From Lingula anatina (taxonomy: Eukaryota > Animalia > Brachiopoda), in assembly GCA_051362555.1 (NCBI GenBank), contig CM120647.1, positions 5,084,001-5,148,000 of the forward strand: a DNA stretch of 64,000 bases. Reading direction: 5' to 3'. Below are positions 23,633 to 34,811 of the stretch, piece after piece. The number at the start of each line of letters is the position of its first letter. The stretch's first letter is position 1. The translations under genes were made by a program, and so were the position numbers. A model generated the notes under the pieces. It did no database searches, was not told where the DNA came from, and saw only the letters and a program-made list of their open reading frames with translations.

Positions 23633-26222
23633 ATATTTTACCAGCAGTAAGTAGACCACATGTACTTGTATAAGTATATCAAAGTCCAGCATTATGCAGA
23701 CTATAATAAAGTATACATTTGTTTGCTATTAATTATTGTATAATGTTGCCACTCACAGGAACCAACAGTTTAGCAGAGTAATTATTCTTGTTCATGCAAT
23801 CTTGCTATTCTGTGTAATTTGGGAGACAATACGTTGTATACATTTGTGCTTTTATAATTAATGGGATTGTTTTAAAAAGCAATGTCTTCACAGCCAAAAA
23901 GCCAGGATAATGTTAGCAAATCAACATTAAGTTTTGAGCTCAAACCACAATTTATTTGGCATACATGTAACTAATCAGCAATAAGCAGACCATTTACACT
24001 TTATATATATATATATATATATGAAACCAGCATTAGGCAGACTTTACATCAAACTACATTTTTACTTATTTTTGCACTATGTTGCAACACAGAGTGCTTA
24101 CCACTCAGAACAATCAACACTTTGGCACATTTTAATTATTCATGTTATCTATTTTTTGTCATTTGTGGGACAGTATGTTGTATATTTTTACTTTTACAAT
24201 TTATGAGTATAATTTATGAGTGCTGTAACATACCATTCCTTTTCAACCAAAGAGCAAGGACAATTTCAGCAAAATAAAATTTTGACCTAATCCCACACTT
24301 TATTTTAATGCTACCCGTTATTGGATTTGTTTGTGTGACATGAAAAACAACTAACATAAACAATATGTAAGGTCTTAACATATTTATTGAGGTCACATCA
24401 TTGAACAGTCTAGATGAATAACATGCACCAATCTACATAATCATAGAACAAAAAAACAGACAATGGACACAATTTAAGTGTAACTTGTCTGCCACCAAGC
24501 ACATTACATCATTGAACAATCTTCAAGAAATGGAACTTCACTGTTACTTCAAACAGTTAAATGTGTGAAATATTACTTCCAATATTTTGGAGAGCAATCT
24601 TTGTGAAAAACTTAGTCAACTGTAAAGTGAACTTGAAATGGAACACACTGTTTCTCCAAGCAACAGTTAGTTATGTGAAATATTATCTTCAATCTTTTGG
24701 AGAACAATCTTTGAGAAGAATTTCATCAACTGAAATATTAGAGGTAATATTTATATACTTTGCTGTTGTTTGAAGAAACATTGGTGTTCCATTTCAAGAA
24801 CAGTCATCCTCCAACAGTTGCATTATATTCTTTGAAGTTTTTTATTAACATTTTCCCTCAGTGTTTTTCTCTCATTGAATATCTTTATCCTGGTCTTTTT
24901 GTAGGCCTCTTGTAACTCCAAACTCTTGAGGCAGTGTGGCATGTGGCCCTCAAGAAACGTCATTATTTCTTTTTTACCTTCAAAGTAAATAAAAAATATA
25001 TTAATATCATTAGCAAAGCCTCCATGAATCACAAAATTCAGTTTTGTTAGGCTGAATGATGTCATTGGTTGACCTCCTTACGTCCCCGTTACAGTTTTGG
25101 AAAATAAGATGTTAGAAAAATTATGTGCAATTTACTATTTTAAGTTAGTGGGCCTGGATTTTAAAAGTAAGTTATTTCCACTTAGATACAGATATTCATT
25201 TTCCTTAAGTGCACAATGTTTTTTGTCCATCTGATATTGTTTACACGACTTCTGCCAAAAGCAATACAAATTTTCACAAAAATTGCATTTTCGTGGCAAC
25301 ATAGTTTTAATTTTCTCCTCCAGTTTAAAGAAAAAAAAAAGAGTCATCTTTTCAATAATTATTAAAAAATGCCATTGGATATTTGTACATGAAACTCTAC
25401 AGATATACAGTTTGGACAAAAATTTGATGATGCCTGTGGTTCTAAATGTACACAACTACAATGTAACAATGTAATGTACTAATTGGCTATTCAATAAAAC
25501 TGCACGTCTGATTTCAAACGAAAAAAGTTGGCTGCACTCTGTTACAAGTTCACCTTGAACCATATTATATCTAAGAGGTACTATGCATGAAAATGACAAT
25601 ATCGAGTCAATAAAATATGCTTACTTGAAAGCCTTCCTTTGTTATCCTCAGCCTCTAGGTGAGTACTTAAATATGGCGAAAAATGGTCTCTCAATATATT
25701 TGTGTCTTTAGCAGACCAGGCCACTGAAAGAATAAAATCACATATATCTATAACATATTTGAATCCTCTATTTCAAAGTGATGGACATAATTTCCTTCTC
25801 CGATGACATTAGTTTTGCCTATAGGACTTTAGAAGCTTATAAAAAGAAATAGCTATTCTGAATTTATATATCTTACATTTCATTTTATCAAATAAAAGAT
25901 AGCAATTGTTTACTTTTCTTATATGTTATTACCTGATACAGATGTCTTGCCCTCTACAATCAATGTAACAGGATTACATGTTAGATTTGATTCTGAAAAG
26001 AAAATATATGTACACATCTTTTATTGATTGAAGCTCTCTGCAAAGCAAATAAACCACATAATAACATTAATTTTATTGGGAGGTGGACCATGCACATGCT
26101 GTTATGTCTGAAATATTATACTTTATTTTTTGATTTAATATAAGCAATTTCTGCAAAACAATGTTAAAAACATAAAAGGGAATATATACTTTATTCAATT
26201 GAACATTTTCAGTCATTACAGG

Positions 26223-26274
<52 letters not shown>

Positions 26275-27122
26275 GCCACACAAGTTATTTTTTTACATTA
26301 ACTTGTGTGGTGACTTTGAGCTATGTGTCCGCTGCTCAAATAAATTAGTTTGACAATTCATTAAATAATTTTAAGATGATTTTTTGTGAAACTTTTAAGT
26401 CTTCCACATAAAATGAGGACCGGGATTATTAATATCTTATACTACGTTTTTTTCACAGATGTCGATCATTAACACGCAGTAAATCTCCTCACAACATTCT
26501 CTTATTATAAAGATACGATGAAAACGTGAACTTACCAACTGTTTTCCTCTCAGAAGTGACATCTTGTGCGGCAGTCACGTACCGGTAGCCATGCCATCAA
26601 ATGCATTGCGCGCCAGAGACCTATATCATAAAGGTCAAGGACATTGCTGACTTTCTCTCCCAGAAGGAGAAAAAAGGTGGCATGTCAAATATCGGTCTTG
26701 TAAAAAATCTGCGTTGTAAGAAACTTATTGTGCGAATGGATAGCTATGTGGCTAAATAACACAGATGCCAAGAGATAATTTCGATATATAGCGTATCTTG
26801 AAATTATCGTCGATTTTCCAACGGTCTGCCGTAGCGTGTCTCATAAGTTTTTGATATACATCGTAAATATACACGGTTGTACCTGTAAAAACGCATTTGA
26901 TTTATTTTAAATGGCCTTCGCAAACAATATATAATCGATGTAAACAATAACATCGGTGTACCCTTAAGTAACTGACAGCAGATTACTTTTTCAATCTGCT
27001 TTTATCTACATTTTTTTAGGGGGGGAAATGTTAGGCAGACCGGCTGCGGTCTGCCTAAAATTCCGGTCTGCGTAATGCTGGCGTTTAAGTGCGAATGGTC
27101 TACCTATTGCTGGAAGCAGGAC
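23285..27122 (-). mobile_element. Non-autonomous derivative of the YR-SET element (copy B), nested in an internal (TA)n of copy A
   Basis: 23285-26205 matches 4934-8600 without the MITE. It then jumps to AGTCATTACAGGC(TA)n (equal to copy A 23204) and ends with CTGGAAGCAGGAC|TATA. Confidence 0.88.
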
Positions 27123-27583
27123 TATATATATATATGTAATAGTAGTACTTATTTTCTTAATTTTTTATTTATTTTGTCATATTTTCAGTCTGTTCCGTTT
27201 GTATGTTTCCATTCCTTATTTTCTGTATTCCCTGATTTCTTTCTTATTCCTTGTTTTCTGTCTCTGTACGTTCTTGCTTTTCATTGGTTTAAAGTCTCTA
27301 ACCGGTAATTTCCTTTGTCCGATTCCTCACTTTCTCTTAGATCTCGTAGGCTGAAGTTTTCTTTTATTTTACAGGTAATTTTTTTTTTTTTTTTATCTTT
27401 AATTTATATTAAGCCATATATTATTTGATTAACTCTCATTATTTAGTTATTATTATCAATTTAATGCTTAATTTAAATATTTATTTAGCAAACTATGTAA
27501 TTTATGTAAAAATAAAGACTTTCTCTTAGATCTCGTAGGCTGAAGTTGTCTTTTATTTTACAGTAATAAAAACTGTTACAATT

Positions 27584-27601
27584 TGGCGCCCGAACAGGGA
27601 C
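27584..27601 (+). other. Primer binding site complementary to tRNA-Lys(UUU)
   Basis: TGGCGCCCGAACAGGGAC begins 3 nt after the 5' LTR and is the known tRNA-Lys3 PBS sequence. Confidence 0.9.
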
Positions 27602-27889
27602 CTACGAGAGTAAAAGAGAAGTCACGTAACACGTATCTGCAGTTGGTCGATCCCACACACTGAGCTAACGGTAGCCCGAATGGTGATTCCTTGGTGTTAA
27701 AAAACTGGTTGAGTCGACGTTTCATCTGGGGACGCCTAGTACGACCGCCGACAAAGCCTGTTGTGAAGAAAACAAAGACGTTTTCTAACGGACATTTTCC
27801 TGATCTCCGTCTTGGTGTATGTGTTTGCTGTGAAATCCGTCATTTCTGGTGTATACACCTCGTACTTTGAAGCTGCCGGCTGTGACACC

Positions 27890-28120
27890 CAGGAGCTGAA
27901 GCTAACTACGATCCACTGCTTGAAATCGTCAATGATGATCGGTTATTTATAAGACAGTAGGACCATTGTGAGGAAGCTGAGGCTACCTGCGAGACACTGC
28001 TTGAACCCGTCAATGACGACCGGTTATTCATAGGACAGTTTTAGAGGAGCTGAAGCTTACTACGAGACACTTCTTGAAGCTGTCAGTGACGATCGTTATC
28101 TATAGGACAATTGGACAATT
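27890..28120 (+). repeat. Three diverged units of about 70-80 bp in the Gypsy leader
   Basis: GCTGA(A/G)GCT...CG A.ACACTGCTTGAA...GTCA(A/G)TGA(T/C)GA..G occurs three times. Confidence 0.6.
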
Positions 28121-28966
28121 GTAAAGGTACTTGTAAATATTGCATTCCTAACGGTACCTTTGTAAATAATTTTGATTCATTTCACGCTCTGAGTTACTAT
28201 CGTTTCAACTCTTGTAAATATTACATCCCTACTAGTACATTTGTAAATAGTTTTGATTAATTCACACTCTGAATTTCCGCCGTTTCCACAGTTGAACTGT
28301 AGCATTCATACTACCCGTTTGTGGGTGTTGTTCAGTCAACCGCAGTGCACATTTGGGCGTTGTTCAGTCAACCGTAGTATAAATTTGGGTGTTGTTATAA
28401 ATAGCAATACGCAGCGGACTCAGTCAAGAGTATATAATTATTGTCATTTCACTTACTAGATTGAGTAGTGTACAGTTTTCACTTGATAGAATGAGTAGTG
28501 CACAGTTCAGTATTACCTGTTGTCAGACTAGCTCATATTAAGTGAAGGTAGTTTGTGTATTTTTTCATTCCTCTTTGAATTTTATACCTTTTTTTTTCAA
28601 TTTTCTTAGATGGCTGTTTTCAGTATAAATAAAATTTAACAGCCAAATTCCATTGATTGGTTTGAACTGTGAAAGTATATGCTGCTTGTTTGCATACATT
28701 GATTGTAGGATTATTTGTGACTGTAATTTATGTTGTGCACGCATCACTGCTCTGATCAGTAGTTAAATGAAGTAGTACAGTGGTACTCTGAATGTGTTAG
28801 AGCATCCTAACGCAATTTGTGTGTGAAGTTTTCTTTGATTTAATTGAAAAAAATATATATATATATAATTTTTTTTTTCATTTCAACATGTATTATTTGT
28901 GCAATTTCAGCCCTGAGATTCTTAACTTTTTCTCTACCTTGTGCATTTCAGACTTCTATCTCAAAC

Positions 28967-30368
28967 ATGGCTCTTTTCAGTGATCGGTCTGTTTGTTTTC
29001 ATAATTTGCCTGATTCTTATGATCCAGATTCACTACAGCAATACATTGAAAAACGATTGGTGATAGGCAGGGTAGAAAAATTATACACACTGGAAGGGAA
29101 TAGGGCGTTTGTTGTTTTTGAGTTACCTGAAACAGTGGTTGAAGCTATTGATTCAATTCATAATCACCAGTTTGGTGGTTACAGGTTAAGAGTCTTACCG
29201 GTTCAGGAACCGGAGATCCTTGAATTAGAGGGGATATCTAACTGTCTTGAGGTTCTAGGGGTAAAAAAAACCAAAACCTACTCCAAGAAAAAATACAATT
29301 ACTGAAGCGGCTGGTGATACTTCTGACATCTCAGCTAAAACACCTGCACAATACATGGAGGATATGTTGAGTATAATGTCCCTTGATAACAAGCGTTAGA
29401 TGTTTCAGATTTTAAAAAATGAATTTCAGGAAACTCATTCAACTAAAAGACCTGTCCATCGCCTTTTTGAGTCTGATACTCCAGCTTATTCACCAACAGT
29501 ATTATCTGATCCCAGACAAACGGTCTCAGCTCCTAGTCCAGCAGTGGCCTCTGCTCCTATTCAGAATGTGTCAAGTACACCTGGTGGCACTACTTTTTCT
29601 ACTACTTCTGGTGTTCCACCCAAAATTTCTTATTTCTCAGGTGATGATGGAAAGGGTGAGTCATCATATCAATAGTGGCGATACGAAGTCATGAGTCTGG
29701 TTAAAGAGGGTGTCTATCCTTCTGCAATGATCTTTTTAGCTATACGCAGATCCCTAAAAGGAACTGCTGCTGATATATTGCTCAACATGGATATGTCGCT
29801 CGACGAAGAGATGACAATTGACCTCTTAATTGAGAAGTTGGATATGGTCTTCGGAAAAATTTTGCCAATAGAAGCTGCTTTGCAGAAATTCTACAATGCC
29901 AACCAGGTGAGTTCTGAGACTGTCGCGAAATGGGCTTGTAGGTTGGAGGATTTACTTGGGGAAGTACGCAGGGCAGATCCTATTACTTCTGAGGAGGTAA
30001 GGAGGAAGTTGCGCAATAAATTCTATAGTGGGTTGTCCTCAACAAACATCAAATTTAGCATAAAACACAAATATGATTCTGGTGCAAGTTAACATGAACT
30101 ACTCAGGGCAGCCAGGATAGCAGAGCAAGAACAGGTAAGTTCTGCTAGTGTTCAACAAAACACGGTTACAAGTGACATGACTTCAAAATTGAATGATCTT
30201 GTTTTTCAGTTGGAGACTCTAAAAAACAGATTGGATAAATTGGATAGAGATAAGGCATCTGCACGTAGACAGTTCACAGGTAGGTGTTTTGCTTGTAAAA
30301 AAATAGGACACAAACAAACCGAGTGTCCGGAAAACTCAAGACAGTATACAAACGGGGGCAGGTTGTAG
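28967..30368 (+). pseudogene. Gypsy Gag: N-terminal RRM-like domain, PNMA-like capsid region and CCHC knuckle (disrupted)
   Basis: SVCFHNLP...RAFVVFE (RNP2/RNP1-like), PKISYFSG...WRYEV...IRRSLKGTAAD and CFACKKIGHKQTEC. Several stops and frameshifts. Confidence 0.8.
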
Positions 30369-33300
30369 ATTGTGTTAATGCCATGCTTCACAAACCTGAG
30401 ACTGAAAACAAGATATACCAACCTGAGGTTGCCAATAAACCTATACTTCAGCGATTGGTTGGTAAAGCTAATGAGACATCTGTTAGTGCCAATAACAAAT
30501 CTGTTTTGGCCTTACTTGATACAGGTTCCATGGTCAGTACTATTTTTAAGCAATTGTGTGATGACCTCAAGCTAGACGTGCTTGAATTAGATCATATTAT
30601 TCAGGTGGAAGCAGCTGGTGGAACTACTTTGCAGTATCTTGGCTATACAGAAGTGAATCTTTCAGTTCCCGGATTACAGGAACCGCCCATTCCTGTGTTG
30701 ATGTTAGTGGTACCCACCATCAAATATCACATAAAAGTTCCATTACTCATAGGCACCAACGTTTTGAAAGTTATTTTAGAAGGCAAGACAGTTCCAAGGG
30801 ACGTAGACGTGGTGTGGCAAAATGTGTTTAAAGCCATTGTCTCTTTAAATACTCTCTTTCAGAAATAAGGGTCATTGGGAGTTGTCACTTCCACAAAGAA
30901 CATTACCGTAAAACCTTCTTGTCATACGGTAATTCATGGACAAACTAGAGCAGCATTCTCTTGTATGCATATCCGGGTATTAGCTGATGAGAGCAGCTCT
31001 TCACATTTACCTGGTACATTAGTTATCTCCCCAGGTCTGATTGAGTTAAAACCTGGAGTCAAATCTCAGCGTGTTCCTATAGAGGTTACCAACTACTCAG
31101 ACAAACCAGTTACAATCCCAGCCAAATTTGCCTTGTCTGAACTGTATCCTGTGGATATCCTTTCTCCAGAGAGTCTCAATCATTGTTCTTCTGAGAGAGA
31201 CCTTGAAATTCCAAAGCTATTTCAAACTGACCTTTCAGAAACTCTAAAACCCAGTGAAGTGGAAAAGTCACTTGCATGTTAAAAAAATGGCAGTTTGTGT
31301 TTAGCAAAAATGACTTAGATTTAGGTCACACTAACATCACAAAGCATCACATAAATCTTACGGATAACCTGCCTTTTACCGAAAGACACAGTCGAATACC
31401 TCCATCCATGATAAATGAAGTAAGAGAACATTTGCAGGACATGCTGAAACTGGGGGTAATTAGAAGGTCTGAAAGTCCATATTCATCAGGTGTGGTGCTA
31501 GTAAGAAAAAAAGATGGAGCTCTACGGTTTTGTATTGACCTGAGAAAACTCAATTCAAAAAACATCAAAGATTCTTATGCTTTGCCTCGAATTGATGAGA
31601 CTTTGGACATTCTTCATGGTGCTTCTTGGTTCAGTGTGTTAGATTTAAAATCTGCTTACTGGCAAGTTGAAATAGAGGAATCAGATATTCCCAAGACGGC
31701 TTTTTCTGTTGGGAATCTTGGTTTATTTGAGTGTAAACGCATGTCATATGGGTGCACCAATGCTCCAGCTACTTTCCAACGGTTAATGGAAACGTGTATG
31801 GGAGATTTGTATTTGACAGATTGTCTCATTTACCTAGATGACATAATTGTCTTCAGCAATTTGATAGAGGAACATTTGAAAAAACTTGAAAAAATATTCC
31901 AAAGGTTGCATGAGGCAGGTTTAAAATTCAAACCAAAAAAAAAATGCAAATTATTTCAGAAATCCATTAAATATCTGGGACATGTGGTGTCAGAAAAGGG
32001 GGTGGAAACTGACCCAGAAAAAATTGAGGTTATCAAGAATTGGCCAATTCCCAAAAACTCAAAGAGGTTCAGAGTTTCTTGGGTTTTGTGGGTTTCTATA
32101 GAAGGTTCATCAAGGACTTCTCAAAAATAGCTAAACCCCTTCATAATCTAACCAAAGGCAATGTGAATGTGAAAAAGGGAATACGTCACAGTCAGTCTTC
32201 TTCTTCATCTGCTTCCTTCACATGGGGCGAGGAAGAACATTCTGCTTTTTCCCGTCTTATAGAATGCATTATATCTTCCCCCACCTTAGCTTTTGCTGAT
32301 TTTTCAAAACCTTTCATTTTACACACTGTTGCTAGTGCAATTGGACTAGGTGCCGTTTTATATCAAGTCCAAGATGGCGTCAGAAAACCTATTGCCTTTG
32401 CTAGCAGATTACTAAATGGAGCTGAATCTCGCTATTCGGCACACAAACTCGAATTTCTGGCTCTCAAGTGGTCTATCAAGTGGTCTATTTCATGATTACC
32501 TCTATGGGAACGAGTTCACTGTCTATACAGACAATAACCCTCTCACTTACCTCTTGACAAGTGCAAAATTAGACGCAACGGGGCATCGTTGGGTTTCTCA
32601 GTTGTCCAATTACAATTTTTCTATCATGTATAGATCTGGCAAATCTAATGTTGATGCTGATTCTCTTTCTAGGATCGAGTGGCCTGAAGCTAGCAAAGAA
32701 ATCATGTCTCAAAGTGTTCATGCCATTTTTCAGATGGGTCTTGTGGAAGATACGTCCTTGATAGATGCGCATAGTGTTTCAGGTGAACAAAATTCTGAGC
32801 AAATGCAGGATTGGAGTGTGATTCAAGGTGAGGATCCTGTATTGAAACACATAGTAGCAGCAGTGCAGGGAAAACCAGTAGATTATGCCAAACTTGGATT
32901 TGAAGGGAATGTTTTCAAACGTGAATTCCCCAAACTTGTTCTTAGAGAAAATGTCCTTTACAGAACAAGAAAGATTGATGATGATGTAAATTTCCAGTTG
33001 GTTCTTCCACAAAGCTACAGGTCCAAGGCAATCACTGGTTGTCATGAAAGCATGGGACATCCGGGTCGTGAGCGCACTCTGGATTTGATGAGGGTTAGAT
33101 TTTATTGGCCTGGTATGACTCGTGACGTCATACAGCATGTGTCACAATGTGGGCGGTGTGTTGTACGTAAGTCCCCTACCAAACAAGACACTTACCTCAC
33201 TTCTATATCTTCATCTTATCCATTGCAGTTGGTCTGCATTGATTACTTGTCTATTAAGGATTGCAAAGGTGGTGTGGGCAATGTTCTTGTCATTACCGAT

Positions 33301-34110
33301 CATTTTACCCGATATGCTCTCGCTATACCAACAAAAAATCAGACCGCCAAGACTACAGCTGAAGCTTTGTACAATAATTTCATTATGGTTTTCGAGAGAG
33401 ACTTCAGAGCGACCAAGGTCGAAACTTTGAGTCAGACACAATACAAGAATTGTGTAAATTAGGTGGAATAGTGAAGTCGCGAACAACTCCGTATCACCCT
33501 ATGGGGAAGGTTGAAAGGTTTAACAGATCTTTATTGGGTATGTTAGGTACTCTTGACCCCGATGAAAAGAAAGACTGGAAAAATATGTTCCGTCCTTGGT
33601 ACACGCTTACAACTGCACAAAGAACAAAACTACTGGCTTCTCACCATTTATTCTGATGTTTGGCCGTCATCCAAGATTAGCCATTTCAGAACCCTAAAGA
33701 TCCCGTCCTATCGTCCTCCTATCCGGAATATGTGTGTCAACTTAAAGAGAAGTTGACGTATGCTTATGAACTGGCTTCTCAGAAAATCAACAAATCTCAA
33801 ACCAGACAGAAAGAAACTTACGATCAGAAGGTGAATTATGTTGGCATTACAGTTGGTGACCGTGTATTGGTGAGGAATGTAGGTCTGAAAGGAAAAAAAA
33901 ATTAGCTGACAAGTGGAAACCGGAGGTATTCTTGGTAACAAATCAACCCAATACTGACATACCAGTCTTTGTGGTTAAGCCGGAGACTGGCAAAGGCTCA
34001 GAAAAAACTTTACATCGGAACATACTCCTTCCTTTAACATCCTTACCCGTTTTCCCCGTCAATAGATCAATACCATCAAAAAGAAAACATAAAAAAAAAC
34101 TCAAGTAATC
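30369..34110 (+). pseudogene. Gypsy Pol (protease, RT, RNase H, integrase), frameshifted
   Basis: LLDTGS; LRFCIDLRKLN, LDLKSAYWQ and YLDD; GLGAVLYQ and YTDNNPL; the integrase zinc finger H-x3-GH...CGRC; TDHFTRY; and TTPYHP...VERFNR. Confidence 0.92.
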
Positions 34111-34747
34111 CTTCACCTGTCCCGTCTTCTTCTTCTTCATCAGACTCAGACAGTGACAACTCTACCTATCGGGGCCCTTTGACTAGATCCCGTACAAACC
34201 CAATACCAAAACCCAGAAAATCTCTAAGAAATGGAAAAAAAATAAAACGAATTGAGTCAGTAATTTTAAAGCTGTAGGACCAGCTTTCATGTAAGGGGGG
34301 GGGGGATGTAATAGTAGTACTTATTTTCTTAATTTTTTATTTATTTTGTCATATTTTCAGTCTGTTCCGTTTGTATGTTTCCATTCCTTATTTTCTGTAT
34401 TCCTTGATTTCTTTCTTATTCCTTGTTTTCTGTCTCTATACGTTCTTGCTTTTCATTGGTTTAAAGTCTCTAACCGGTAATTTCCTTTGTCCGATTCCTC
34501 ACTTTCTCTTAGATCTCGTAGGCTGAAGTTGTCTTTTGTTTTACAGGTAAAATTATTTTCTTTTTATCTTTAATTTATATTAAGCCATGTATTATTTGAT
34601 TAACTCTCATTATTAAGTTATTATTATCAATTTAATGCTTAATTTAAATATTTATTTAGCAAACTATGTAATTTATGTAAAAATAAAGACTTTCTCTTAG
34701 ATCTCGAAGGCTGAAGTTGTCTTTTATTTTACAGTAATAAAAACTGT

Positions 34748-34811
<64 letters not shown>

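Larger units (their letters stand above)
27135..34751 (+). mobile_element. Ty3/Gypsy LTR retrotransposon, full length but decayed, inserted in (TA)n
   Basis: LTRs TGTAATAG...GTTACA at 27135-27580 and 34307-34751. PBS at 27584-27601 and a poly-G PPT at 34293-34306. Domain order is gag-PR-RT-RH-IN, and the flanks are TATA. Confidence 0.95.

Noticed and set aside
4934-27122. Reading 4934-8600 and 23285-26205 as giant LTRs or a segmental duplication
   Set aside because: Each repeat begins at the same GTC terminus after (TA)n, and a third independent copy with both ends exists at 57478-61000. Nested transposition explains this better.
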